This document shows positions 27,114-40,351 of a stretch of DNA of 64,000 nt, in pieces. The position numbers and the translations under genes are program-made. The notes below the pieces were generated by a model, which saw nothing but the letters and a program-made list of their open reading frames with translations, did no database searches and was not told the origin of the DNA. Position 1 is the first letter of the stretch, and every line of letters begins with the position of its first letter. This stretch comes from Felis catus (taxonomy: Eukaryota), in assembly GCF_018350175.1 (NCBI RefSeq), contig NC_058368.1, forward strand, positions 27,096,001 through 27,160,000, written 5' to 3'.

Positions 27114-29689
27114 GATATACAGCACAAGAAAAGTACTCACGTGCATGTGAGGTAGGTCCCAGTTTGAGAAAGCTAGAATCCATCTATCACCTGCAAATTT
27201 CACCAGAAAAAATTACATAAATGTCAAGAGCACATTGCCTTTATAATATCACATGGGAGAAATATCTGGACTCTGTCCTGATGCCAGGGCAGATGGTTGA
27301 TATCATGTGCTAAGAATGGGCACTATGCAGTTCTCAGCATTTGGAGCTCTGCCATGTAAATTTGAAGTGGGTCAAAGTGAAATGCTGGGATTTTCATGTA
27401 CTTATCAGAGGGTGTAAAATTTCAAAACTAGGGGCGTCATAGAAAGTTAATTCCTGAGAAAACAATCCTGTTAGTAAAGATATGTTTGAGCCAGAGACTC
27501 TAATTTTTCTGGCTCTACCCTGGATGAACAGGAGATAGGAAAAATCTTACAGAAATGAAGTCCCTAAGAGTGTGATGGAGTAATGCTTTACTGTGTTTGT
27601 AATGGTCATTTTTAGTATTTGTGTCAATGCACCTTACATTAATCCATAATAATGCAATAGCTATCACTTTTTAATGCTATTATGTGTGTTAGCTTTAATG
27701 GGAGCCTGCAAAGAGATGAAAATAGAAGGATTCCATGATGTGGTTTATGTTATAAATAAGAGCTTTTTTTTTTTTCCAGATGCAAGTATAGAGTTATACG
27801 GGTAGAAATAATCCTGCTTTGTGATCGCTTTGCCTTTTAGATGTGAACCTTAGGCTCTCATGTCCTCTAGAGGTTTGTCATCATTAGATGAGAAGCAGCA
27901 GCATTGGAAGGGTGGCGATGCTGCTTCTAGAAAGTGAATTGCACAGCCACACTAACGTAACTAAAACCCAGTGTGCATTCATTATAATGGAAATGCAAAC
28001 TATTTATAAAAATATAAATAACGCAGAAGTGACTCTTTTATTAAATTAGAACCACTGGGTGGAGGAAATTTATGAAAATAATAAGGCCCTTTTAGGCTGT
28101 CAAACTGTTCAGCCACAAATGAGTTATTGCAAGCATAGTGAGTGTCTTACTCAAGGGTTAAAGAAAAAAAGAAAACTTTGTTCACAGATGTGCACAAATA
28201 CACAGCGAGGGATGGTGACCACGTGCTTTGCTGAGCCCTAAGAGGAGCAGTATCTGTACGTATCAACCTGACCGTATGAAAGACAAAGAGACTGGGCACC
28301 GTGAAAGATCAAAGACTGGCCCGTGAATGGGAACTAGGCGCTTGCATTTCCTGAGTGCCCGCTCTGTGACAGCACTCTGCTGGGCACGCAGTGCCCGTTG
28401 TAGGTTGAGGAGAACCGAGAGTGTTGCATAGCCGAGTACCGGGCACAGATTAGAAGGGGTGGTTGCAAACCTTGTGGAAATTCCAGGGATAAAGGGAGGT
28501 GGGGAACCGACAGTAGGGACAGAGAAGAGGCCCGACAAGAAGGAATAATGAGCCAGTTTTGAAGACTCTGAGGATGCTGGGTTGTAGGCCACCTGTGCCT
28601 CAGTGGCTGCTAAAGGCAGTTTGATACTTGCCCAAAGCACATTTGCCATAACAGCAGGACTTTAGTTCACACATAGATGGGAAAAACAGGAAAAGATAAG
28701 GAAGTCGATTGACATCAGGGGTATTTCTGTCTATGTGTCTGTTGTTCTGTCCATCCATCTACCTGTCCATCCACCCATCTGTACATCTACCCAATTCAAG
28801 AAGGCAGAAGGCAAGTTCTTGGTTAACTTCTGTGATCAGTAGCCCTTAGTTTCTATGCCTCATTGTTTTCTAACTACCACTGTGCCTGTCATGTGGCCCA
28901 GGACAATGGCTGATGTTCCTAATGATGACCCTAAGTCACCAAAGAAATATTCTGTATGCCCTTTTAAAGAAGGTAGATACAAGTAAAATGTATTCTAGAA
29001 AGATTTCGATTCTTTTCATTAGACTGATGATTCCTGGAGGTAAGAAATAATCTCTTTTTCATCTTTCTATCCTTCGACACCTAGCACAATGTTTTTCACA
29101 TAGAAGGTAAAATATTTGTGACACTGAATAGAATAGAAATAATTTAAGTTTTGTAGGAAAAAAAATGCATTATTTAAAATCCAGTATTCCTATTATCAGG
29201 GTACTCAACCAGAAATGGTATATCGTTCTAACCATACTCCTACCCATTCTCAACCCTCAAAATAAGATGATGTTTTCATGTACTGAATTAAGGACTCAGT
29301 TATAGAAGTGTCTTTGGTAATGAAAAGGATATGTTTCTATGAAGTTTTTCAGGAACATTGAACAGAGGAAGATATTGTAATGGTGGGGTCGCACGAAGGA
29401 GTTATTCTCTACCTTTCTGCATCAGAGGTGCCAGGCAGAGGCTCTCCTAGTCTTGCCTTTGCCTACGGGGTTCTCAGCTCAGTGACTTAGAAGCTGCTGG
29501 CCTTAAGCCCATGCAGTACCCTAAGCTCAAGGTGGGATTTAGCCAGATCAAAGTTAGGGGTGAGGACTGCAGATCTTTTATAAGACGCCTCTACCTGAAT
29601 TTCTACCCAAGCCTAACATGCATCCTTGAAGAGACCAGATTATCCTTCATGAGAATCTACATCACATGGTAGAAAGAGCAGTAGGGTTT

Positions 29690-29868
29690 TTGTTTGTTTG
29701 TTTGTTTGTTTGCTTATTATGGGGGGGCAGAGAGAGAGAGGGACAGAGGATTTGAAGCAAGCTCTGGACTGACAGGAGAGAGCCCAATGTGGGGCTCAAA
29801 CTCGTGAACTGTGAGATTGTGACTGAGCTGAGTCAGACACTTAACCAACCGAGCCCTGCGGGTGCCCC
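29690..29868 (-). mobile_element. CAN-SINE with (TTTG)n tail
   Basis: TSD aagagcagtagg. Confidence 0.88.
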
Positions 29869-30538
29869 AAGAGCAGTAGGTTTTTGAGTCGGTGAACTAG
29901 GATGTCCGTGACCACATTTGCTCTCGCTGGTGGCAAGCACAAAGTTATGATCTTCCCTACAGAATTATTGGTCAGATCATATGAAAGAGTATGTTTGGTG
30001 GGTTTGAGGGATTTTAAAGCGCTATACACACATTAGTCCCCTCTGTGACCAGAGGATATATTAACTTATTACCAGCAATATTGGTAAGGAAGATCATAAA
30101 GAACATTTTACTAATAAGTTATATATAGTTACAGATTATTTAGAATATATTGATAACTCCAAGATAAGGAAAAAGAGGTGTCTTTTTTTTTTATAAGAGG
30201 GGAACTTTGCACAGTTGGTCCAATACCTTGACTTTATTATCCTTGTTACAAACTGTCCCATAGTCACAACAGAAATCTGCCCGCCTCCCTGGCATTCAGT
30301 AAGCTCACCAACACTCGAGTATTTACACTTAAACCTAGCTAAGATCCTACTAACACTTTTGAGTGGGTTAGCACAGTGTTCCCTTTCTAATAGCAGTGTT
30401 TTTACTTACCACAGAGCTATCCTTGGTGTAAGAGAGAGAAAAGCATTTTTCTTCTATAGCTCCTTGTCAGCTTGGGGTTTCTATCCGAATTCCTATTGAA
30501 CTACTCCTAGAACCCTAAACAAACAAAACAGTTTCACG

Positions 30539-30762
30539 TTTTTTTTTTAATTTTTTTTTCAACGTTTATTTATTTTTGGGACAGAGAGAGACAGAGCATG
30601 AACGGGGGAGGGGCAGAGAGAGAGGGAGACACAGAATCGGAAACAGGCTCCAGGCTCTGAGCCATCAGCCCAGAGCCCTACGCGGGGCTCGAACTCACGG
30701 ACCGCGAGATCGTGACCTGGCTGAAGTCGGACGCTTAACCGACTGCGCCACCCAGGCGCCCC
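30539..30762 (-). mobile_element. young CAN-SINE (SINEC_Fc)
   Basis: TSD aacagtttcac at 30527-30537 and 30763-30773. Confidence 0.96.
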
Positions 30763-30792
30763 AACAGTTTCACATTCTAAATAGTGTGTTTT

Positions 30793-31028
30793 ATTTTTTA
30801 TTTATTTATTTTTAATCTTTTTTTTCAATGTTTATTTATTTTTGGGCCAGAGACAGACAGGGCATGAACGGGGGAGGGGCAGAGAGAGAGGGAGACACAG
30901 AATCGGAAACAGGCTCCAGGCTCCGAGCCATCAGCCCAGAGCCCGACGCGGGGCTCGAACTCACGGACCGCGAGATCGTGACCTGGCTGAAGTCGGACGC
31001 TCAACCGACTGCGCCACCCAGGCGCCCC
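30793..31028 (-). mobile_element. young CAN-SINE (SINEC_Fc)
   Basis: TSD aatagtgtgtttt at 30780-30792 and 31029-31041. Confidence 0.96.
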
Positions 31029-31394
31029 AATAGTGTGTTTTAAAGGGGCTCAAGCCTTTTCCTCCAATTTTATACATAGCACACCATGTCACCTGCAGCT
31101 TAACAACTTGTTTGAACAAGTTACAATAAAAATGAAAAACAACTGCATCATGCTTTTTTGCAGTTTACCGTTTGCCTTTTGTCCGTTGGAAGTCTTTCCA
31201 GAGATGAAGGTTCCCTGGCAATGCCTGTATCTTCTGCTCATGAACCGTGCGGGTGGAGTGGATGCAGCAGGCTCAGGGACATGGCCAGGCTTTTTTCACC
31301 CACAAATGTGTTTTTAGCAGTTCTGAAAATAGTGTTTTGGGGTTTTGGTGCTCTTTCAATCTGCTTGAGTATAGGAGATACAGTAAAATATTAA

Positions 31395-32320
31395 TTCATT
31401 CAACAAATTTTTAGCTCCTGCAACGTGCCGAGCACTACAGGTCATGTGGAGAAAGCACTGAGCAAAGTAGACAAAATCTCTGCTTCATGAAGTTTTTTTT
31501 GGGGGGGGGGGCATATATTTTTAAGAAGAGAACGCTATACTAGTCATTTGGCTCCCAGGGGGAAGGATGGCCTAATTATCAGTGTCTAATTTGAGACTAT
31601 CTGGAGCTAGGAAGAGCTGGGAGAGGTAGCCAATATACAGAATAAATAAATAGACTATGTAACGTGTCAGATGTGATATGTACTTCAGAGGATAATAAAG
31701 CAGGGAAGGGACAATAGGGAATGTTAGGGAGGGCTGCGATCATAAATACGGTGATCAGACGGAGCCTTGCGGAGATCGGAGTACTTGGGTCGGGGCCAGA
31801 GGAAGTGAGGGAGCAAACTTGCAAATACCTAGGAAAGCGGGTTCCAGGCAGAGGGAAATGAGGTCATGAAGTGAGAAGGCAACCGGCCACGTTGGAAGGG
31901 GAAGCACTGAGGCCCATGCGTCCAGACAAGAGTGAGCAGGGCTAGTGAGGGGGCAGGAGATGAAGTGATCGGGACCCACCCTGAGTCAGGCCTGCGGCGC
32001 ACCGTAAGGATTTGCTCTTTCTCTGACGCCACGTGAGACCTGAGTGGGTCTCGACTCGAAAGGTGATGCGGCGTGACTGCACAGGGTAGCAAGACCCAGG
32101 CAGCTGCTGTCTCGAGAATAAATGGAATGAGGGCCAGACACTGGGAGAGTCTTTAGGAGCTCGTGTAATAGCCCAGGTGAGGGATGGTTGTGGTTTAGAC
32201 CAGGGTGGTTAGATGCGGTCACATCCTGGAGTTAACTGTGTGCTAGTAACAACATGATTTGCTGGCTGATGGGATGTATCGTGGGACGGGAAGAGGTGAG
32301 TCAAAGAGGACTCCCAATGC
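31395..32320 (-). mobile_element. L2 LINE 3' region
   Basis: ttcattcaacaaattt...gtgccgagcact...gacaaaatctctgcttcatgaag; ttccaggcagagggaa; ccaggtgagggatggttgtggtttagaccagggtgg. Confidence 0.8.
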
Positions 32321-32633
32321 TCCCAGTACAGAAGTCCGTCAGACCCGAGGTTTTGTGCTTTGTTTCGAGGTCAGACTCAGATTCTGTTTCTGCCTGTGTC
32401 CCTCCCTAGCTATTTGTTTTCCTTTGGATAAGGCCAAGTCTTGCCCATGGATGACAAGCCCCCTGAAGGTAGGGATACGATCTAAGCCTTCATACCATTA
32501 TATTCCTAGTGCGTAACACAGAGCCTGCCACAGAATACTCTGTAAATATTTGTTGACTGAATGTTGTACCTTTCTCTATAGTCTGGTTTCCAAAACTGTG
32601 AAGTCTAAATAATAACACTAAGTTTAACAGATA

Positions 32634-32836
32634 TTTTTTTTAAGTTTATTTATTTTGAGAGAGAGAGAGAGAGTGTGCGCGTGAACATGTGAGAGCTAGC
32701 CAAGCAAGCGGGGAAAGGACAGGGAGAGAGGGAGGGAAAGAGGGAGAGAGAGAATTCCAAGCAAGCTTTGTGGTCAGCTTGGAGTCCACTGCAGGGCTTG
32801 AACTCACAAACCCATGAGGCCGAAAACAAGAGCCGG
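32634..32836 (-). mobile_element. CAN-SINE, truncated or degenerate head
   Basis: poly-T, (GA)n, gaattccaagcaagctttg...gggcttgaactcacaaacc. Confidence 0.8.
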
Positions 32837-33660
32837 CAAATTTGGTGGCAAATTTTCACCATTTTCATTAAGACGTTTTCACTAGGAGCGATATCTTAAT
32901 GCAGAAATAGAAGACTTCCATGCATAAAAGCCATAAAATCCGAATTATTTTAACCGCATTGCGCAAATAGAAGGGATTTGTCTTATCCCTAGTATTAAAG
33001 TCGTGCAGAAGCAAGAGAAGCATCCCCTAGGAGCTTACCTTCTGCGCATAAATAGTACTTACCATGTTGACTGGTGTTTTACAATGGTGCCTACTCTAGG
33101 CGACTGCAGTCGTGTCAAAAGGAGATGAGCAGAGACTGAACAGTTTGAGAGACCATGCACTTCAGTTGTCATGGTAGCCAAGGGCTCCCAAATAGATCCT
33201 GTTCCCCTGCCCAGATGTTTAATGCTTGTGATAGCATGCCCTAAATGGTGACACAGCCAGATGTGAATGTATAATGTCATTTATTTTTATTTATTTATTT
33301 TTGTCCTTAACAGTTTAGAAAATCTTTTTAAAGCTCAGAGGTTGAATTTAGCTGAGAGTATGCAAGTGAGGATTCAGTAGAACATCTGTGTTTCTGAAGT
33401 CTGTGTTTTCAAGTCGTATATACCCCAATTGCCTTTCCAGATGAACTGATTAATTGCACGCATTCTGAAAAAGAATTCATAGAGCCCATTAATAAGGGCG
33501 TATCTGGTGATTGCGACTACGGAGCTTAAAACTGTCAATAGGAATCTTTTATTTTCCTGTCTCACGGCTTGGGTATCCATTCAGGCTACGGTAAAGAAGA
33601 AAACAGACCCTAATTTGCAAGTAGCTCCCGAAGTTGATTGTTTTAAGAAAAGACCTTGGC

Positions 33661-33890
33661 TGGAGCGCCTGGGTGGCTCAGTTGGTTGAGTTTCCAACTT
33701 CAGCGTAAGTCATGATCTCGTGGTCTGTGGGTTCGAGCCCCGCATCGGGCTGTGTGCTGACAGCTCCGAGCCTGGAGCCTGCTTCGGATTCTGTGTCTCC
33801 CTCTTTCTCTGCCCCTCCCCTGCTCATGCTCTGTCTCTGTCTCTCTCTCTCTCTCAAATAAGTAAACATTATAAAAAATTTAAAAAAAAA
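33661..33890 (+). mobile_element. CAN-SINE (SINEC_Fc type)
   Basis: gcgcctgggtggctcagttggtt head, CT linker, A tail. Confidence 0.95.
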
Positions 33891-33983
33891 GGAAAGATCT
33901 TTGCCTTGATGATAGCTCTTCAATAAGTGAAATTTTATATGCATATTTTATAAATATATTTTATTTTCACTAGAGTTGTATTT

Positions 33984-33988
33984 TTATT

Positions 33989-34037
<49 letters not shown>

Positions 34038-34247
34038 AATTATTTTTAATGTTTTATTTTTGAGACAGAGAGAGACAGAGCGTGAGTAGGGGAGGGACAG
34101 AGAAGGAGCGAGACACAGAATCCGAAGCAGGCTCCAGGCTCTGAGCTGTCAGCACAGGGCCCGATGTGGGGCTCGAACTCACAAACCGCGAGATCATGAC
34201 CTGAGCCGAAGTCGGACACTCAACCGACTGAGCCACCCAGGCGCCCC
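33984..34247 (-). mobile_element. CAN-SINE (SINEC_Fc type) with (TTTA)n tail
   Basis: antisense full copy; TSD tgtattttt. Confidence 0.95.
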
Positions 34248-35069
34248 TGTATTTTTATTTTATACAAGAAAGCTAATGTTAGCCTATATTTTCCTATGAA
34301 AATACCTCTGATGAAGGTAAAAAGGTGTAGCCTGCCCTTGCCCTTGACCCAGTGACCCTATAAAGGAATGTTAACTGAGGGCCATAATACACGTTAAAAA
34401 GAGCAGTTAGCTCTTCTCGAGAAAGAAAAATTCTAACGTCCAATTAATCTGTGTGAAGAACAATGAACATAAAAGTCTAATACATGGAAGAAATAAAATA
34501 TTTATTGCAGTTATATATATATTTTTTCTGGTGACCGGAGGGCAAAAGAAAAGGAGGGAGAGTAAGTTGTTGTTGTTGTTGCTGTTGTTGTTGTTGTTGT
34601 TTCAGTAAGGGAATCAGAGTCAGATAATCAAGGAGAAACTGAAGAGGAGACAACTGTAAATAATGTCCTACTGGGCACTACTCTGTAAGACTCCGTTCTT
34701 CTCAGACCTTTGCTCCTTTGGGCCCCAGTGTTCCAAGGCACTCAATAGCAACATAAATCCTGTCCCCTGAGTCCCATTCTGGCCTGGAATTGCTCCTCTC
34801 CCCTGTCTGCAGCACCACTTTTCCCCCAGCTGTGGGTCCAGCCCCAAGAGGGTGGGGTGTCTCAGAGGCATCTGAGGTCCACGTCCCCCACCTATCTGCT
34901 CTCCGCCCACCTTCCTGATGGATCACCCGAGCTCTTCTTCCATCCACAGCTCCTTTTGAGACAACTGCCTCAAAAGGAAGTGCCTCTGAGGTAAATCTTT
35001 TTTTTACCTGCCTTTTGGATCTGCACGGAGTTCACCCTGATGATCTCCCTAAGCGAGAGTTGTCCTTTT

Positions 35070-35285
35070 AGGACAGTGCAGATCAACAGGAACTTTCTGC
35101 AATAGCAGAAACGTTCTGTGTTTGTGCTGCCCAGCGTGGTAGCTGAGAGCCTCTTGGGGCTACTTAGATTTAAATTAAATAAGATGAAATAAAAATAAAC
35201 ATTCAGTTCTTCAGTGACACTACCCACGTTTCGAGTGCTCCATAGCCACATGTGGCTAATGGCCACCACATTGGAGAGTAGCTTT
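35070..35285. mobile_element. MER3-like hAT MITE
   Basis: aactttctgcaat...gaaacgttctg; tagccacatgtggctaatggccaccacattgga. Confidence 0.8.
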
Positions 35286-35499
35286 AGAGTTTTAGAGGCA
35301 ATCCTGGGTCTGGTAGGAATGGGCCGATGCTGGTACCCCACCGTGCTCAGCCCCAGAGAACTCTGGTCTCAGAGGAAAACCATGGTGCACGCAGACGTAC
35401 AGCGGCTGCCCATCCCCGCAGCGGTTTCTGTTGAAGGGAAACGGGCACCTCCGTGAACACCACATGTGCGCCATTTCCCAATGAGTAGTGCTTTAATCT

Positions 35500-35715
35500 T
35501 CAGTATGAGATTTGGAGTCAGGCCTGAGTTTGAATGTTGGCTCTACTAATAGATAGGTGTGGGACCATGGGCAGTCATCTAAATCCTCCCAACACTTGTT
35601 TCTTCATCTGTAAAATGGACATACTAACCCCCTACTGCCCAAGGTCGTGATGAAAATCCAGTGAGATAGGAAACGGAGGGCAGGACAGTGCCTGGCATAT
35701 CCTAACCGCCTACTA
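35500..35715 (+). mobile_element. MIR SINE
   Basis: tggagtcaggcctgagtttgaat...tttcttcatctgtaaaatgg...cagtgcctggcatat. Confidence 0.8.
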
Positions 35716-35883
35716 TATAAGCCAAAGATAAGATGCTGTGGGTCCTGTGTCAACCTCAGCCCCCTCTTCCTACAACTTAAACAAAAAAAACTAATTAGCC
35801 TTTTGAACGAAAGTACTAAATAAACAAAAGGAGGATTCAGGAATTGTTGCTACATTGCCTATCTTTTTCAAACACTTGATGAA

Positions 35884-35885
<2 letters not shown>

Positions 35886-35922
<37 letters not shown>
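35886..35922. repeat. (TG)n microsatellite
   Basis: seen directly. Confidence 0.95.
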
Positions 35923-35925
<3 letters not shown>

Positions 35926-37496
35926 AGCTTAATCTATATTCATACTGTTAACACCAGACAGGTGCAGTCTAGCTTCTTCTCACATGAGAAGAAGTACATG
36001 ACCTCTGTCTGTGGACCCAAGCCAGCTGCCATTTTCACCACTGCCATTCCCACTCGCAGACAGTCAAGGAACTGTGCCACACTTCCGGATACTTCATTCC
36101 AGGTTGCAAAGAGAGGAGAGATGTCTGAAGGAGCAGATTATGTAGTGCATCTTGGGAGAATTTCTTCTGCCCTCTTTCTCTGCAATGCCACACGCTTTCA
36201 TCCACCCAAGCACAAATGGGGCATGGTGTGGATGGGGCTCTGTGATAGCGAATAGGTCACGTCAAGGCACAACCACTGGCCGACCTTGCAGAGGACAGGA
36301 CGACTGGACACCAGTCCAAAAACCCAAGTGGATTCGCCCAGCTGAAATGCCAGTTTCAGTGTACGTTTCAACTCGCTCAGCTTCCTCTGTGCAAAATAGG
36401 TCATTGATTTGACAATAGGAGGAGGAAGAGTTAAGAAAACTAATATTTACTCAGCATCCTTGCTATGAATTGGGTTTTAAATAGTCCAAGACCTCCTCCT
36501 GAGAGAAGGCTGATGAATTGTTTCAGTCGGGGTCGGCAGCAGAATTACAAATCCAAGTGGGTCCTCGTGGGTGAGGTGCCCCCCCCCGACACTGATTCCT
36601 GCTGAGTGGGGAACACTCTCTGTAGCAGGTCCTCATTTCTCTTCACCTCCCAGGTGAACTTTGCAGGGCTTCTTGTTCTGTTTTATTTTAAGGTTTTCTT
36701 TACAGGCAGGGAACCAGGAGAGCAAAGATGGGGAATTTGCAGCTACCCCAGATATGGAAGGGGCCTCCTCCTGCAATCTTAGACTCCTACTCTCCCCACT
36801 CACCCAATCCCTGAAGAATTTTCAGACCCCATCAGGAGGTAAGGCTAAGGAATCATTTCTTCATTTTGGTCCCTCGCCCTGGATGTGTGTACTCCTGAGC
36901 ATGTGTTTTGGGCAAAACAGTAGAATCTCCTTGTTGCCAATGAAATAAGTCCACAAAAGCTACAGGGAGATAAATAAACTTCCTGGAAGTTGCTCTAGGA
37001 CATAGTCTCTATCAGACCCTAGATTGTTACTCTCCTCTAAAATAACTATTAGCAAAAATTTTATACTAGCAATTCTTGGAATTAGTTGGCTTTTATTCTG
37101 TTAATGTATGAAACTCTAGCCAAATATTGTTACTGAATAACTATTATGATAGCTACTGATGTTTCTTGAAAACTTTGATGATACAGAATATTAAATAAAA
37201 CTTCAGCAGTTTCTGAAATTGTTTTTGTATGATTACCTGGCAAAAAAAAAAAATCATTACTAGCAACTTCTACTGAAGATCGATTTTCAGAATGCTAAAT
37301 AACCATTGGCTTCATCAGATCCAAATTTGACTTTAGGAGAGTTTATGATAAACATTAGTGTTTCCAGGACCTGTGCACCTCTGTGCACCACAGAGGAGGC
37401 TAGCACTCTGACAGATATCAATGCATAAGTTGACTTAGTTGAATCATGTAGGCTGTCTTTGGCAAAAGTCTTATTAATTTCTTCCTTTTTTTTCCC

Positions 37497-37558
37497 CTTC
37501 CTTCCTTCCTTCCTTCCTTCCTTCCTTCCTTCCTTCCTTCCTTCCTTCCTCCCTTCCA
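37497..37558. repeat. (CCTT)n microsatellite
   Basis: seen directly. Confidence 0.95.
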
Positions 37559-38002
37559 TAATATATTTCATTTAGATTGTATTTGCAGAAAAATATATAA
37601 CAATAAGTTTTGCATTCTGATAATCCAACAAAACTAATTTTGATTAATATAAATCACATACTAATTAATATTGATATCCTAGTAAATACTAAAGTTAATC
37701 AAGCATAAATCAAATGACCTTGTTCTTAATGTTTTTTCCCCCTAGTATTTCTTTTTCCATTCTGTGTCTGTTTTTATTTTAAAAAGTACAACGATAGTTT
37801 TATTTTAAAGCATCTATGAATAAGACCACATGAATGTTCCCATAAAGTGATCACACATTTTTTTTTACCCATCCCCAATGCTCAAGATTTTAAATTACTG
37901 CATGTACTGAGTTATGTTTTAAAGACCGAGTGTTTTAGGAAAACATTGATTAGCTGACCTCCAGTAACAAAAGTTTTGAATTCAGAAGTCACTATGTCTA
38001 TT

Positions 38003-38225
38003 ATTTTTTTTTTTTGATGCTTACTTATTTATCTTTGAGAGAGAAAGAGAGAGCACAGCAGGGGAGGGGCTGAGCAAGAGGGAGACAGAGAATCCAAAGC
38101 AGGCTCCAGGCTCTGAGCTGTCAGCACAAAGACTGCTGCGGGGCTCAAACTTACTAACTGCCAGATCATGACCTGAGCCGAAGTCAGATGCTTAACCGAC
38201 TGAGCCAGCCGCCCAGGTGGCCCCC
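38003..38225 (-). mobile_element. CAN-SINE (SINEC_Fc type)
   Basis: TSD agaagtcactatgt on both sides. Confidence 0.93.
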
Positions 38226-38789
38226 AGAAGTCACTATGTTTAAATGGTAATCAAATTACAAGAAGTTGGACTGGTACACTTTCTTGAAGTCCTTGTACAT
38301 TTTATATCCAGTCGAAAAGATGTTCACGTCACATTTTTTGCCACCAAGATAAATGACTACAAACTTACCGACCATACACCATAAAAAATGTATACGAGAG
38401 TGTTGTGGTAATTAGGAGTAATTAGCCTTCTCGAAGCAGCTCCAAGAAGCTGTTTGAAGTGGTCTGAAGGCCAATCCTGTAGTCCCCTCCACTGGGAGCC
38501 AGGTGTAGGGGCGGCTGCTGAGGGAAGGTGCCTCTGGGCAGATGGGCAGGTGATGGGGAAGGCTTCAAAGCCTAAGCTGGTCTTTTGACTTCAAAGATTC
38601 CCTTGGAACAGTTACCTCAAACTTTTATTAGCACAAACCATGATTATCACATAATCCTTTGGCAAGATTCGTGGGTGGAACCTGTTAGATGTGCCTTTAA
38701 GGATGAGAGGAGACACAGGTGGGAGGGAACGAGAGACACATCTCCTCAGGACCCCGGATTTGGTCAGAGTTTGCTCACTCCTTTCCCCA

Positions 38790-39860
38790 GTGCTCTTTTT
38801 AGAATTTTAATGAAATATTTCGTACATACAATCAAAAATACATAACATATATTTACATTATGAAAAAAGAATGAAACAGTATTTGTGTGTGTGCCACTCA
38901 GCTGAAGAAATGGAACATCAGCAAGAAATCGAACACCTCCTATGTCCCCTTCACCACTTTTCCTCTCGCCTCTCTCTCCCATCAAAACACTCTTTTGTGA
39001 TGACAATGTTCTGGCTTAGGGTTTTGCTACACATGCATGCATCTGTACACAACAGATTATGTTACATAAGTTTATATTGAGTCATACTCTATTTTGTTTT
39101 TCTTTAACTCATTATTTTTCTGAGATGTATCCACGTTGATTAGCGTAGCTACAATTCATTAATTTTCACTGCTGTGAAATAGTCTGTTGTATGACTATTC
39201 CAAAAGTTTTTGATCTTTGGATGGACTTCATTTGAGTTCCTCATAGTTGGATTTTCTTTCTTTGCTTCTTTTTTCCTTTTTTTTTTTGCTTTTACAAACA
39301 ATGATGCTGCTAAGACCTTTGACCTTTCTCAAGTCAGATTCATATGTGTAAGTGTTCCTCTGGGAAATAGACTTAATCGATCGAAATGATTAGTCAGTGG
39401 CTATGTACATCTTCAAATGTAATGCCAAATTGTTCTCTAAAGTGGTTGTACAAATTTAAATTCCCAGTAGTTGTCCGTGCTCTGCATTCTTGTCAGCATC
39501 TGGAAACTACAGGTTTTCTAATCCCTTCCACCTCGCCAATCTTGGGTATTAACTGGTATCTCATGGTTTGCATTTATATTTCTCTAGTTACTATTTGAGC
39601 ATCTGTTCTTAAGTTTAATGGTAATTTGTGTTTCTTCCTCTTTGAAATGTCTGCTTGAATTTGTGTTTCTTCCTCCTCGACTGTCTGTTTCCGACATTTG
39701 CCTGTTTCTCTGTTGGGTTATTTATCTTTTGATCAAGAGGCATTCTTTTTATATCCCAAACTAACGATCTTTGTGGGTTTTACCTTCACCAAGTTTGTGT
39801 GTTAACCCTTCACTTTCTTTATGGTACCTTTGGATAAAGAAACTCTTGATTATGATGTAT
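38790..39860 (-). mobile_element. ancient L1 (L1ME-like) 3' region
   Basis: gagatgtatccacgttga; aatgccaaattgttctctaaagtggttgtacaaattta; ggtatctcatggtttgcattt. Confidence 0.75.
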
Positions 39861-40351
39861 TTCTTGTCATTTTCTATCGTCCGTGTCTCATAACCTCACT
39901 TCCACATGTTCCGTGTTCTTTGCCACATTGCACTATAATCTGGCTTGGTCCCTCAAGTCTGTCTTCTGGGTTTTTCCTTCGGGTTGTGTTCTCATTTGTG
40001 GCGTCAAGTATCCCTGAGTTTTTAATGTAAAATTTTTCTTTTTAATCTCTAAAAACCGTCTATTTTTACATCTGATGGAATGTCTTTTGATAGTATTATT
40101 ATTATTATTTTTTTGCTCCTGAGAAATGTTTTCTTTTTTATGTCTTTAGACATTTGGAACATAACTCTTTTACGTTCCATGTGAGATAATGCTAACATTT
40201 GAGGCCACTGAGGTTTTAAACCTCTGATTTAACGGTGCTTCTGACTAGTGCCTGTGCTGGCTTGGGTCCTTATCTTCATTTTGTAATAGTTGATTATGAG
40301 CTCATATTTGGCGGAACTTAATCTGTGGGAACGATGAGGAATGATATTAAG

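Noticed and set aside
30576..31043. Recurrent ORFs such as MGQRETEHERGRG... and MNGGGAEREGDTES...
   Set aside because: These are translations of antisense CAN-SINEs and recur at every copy.
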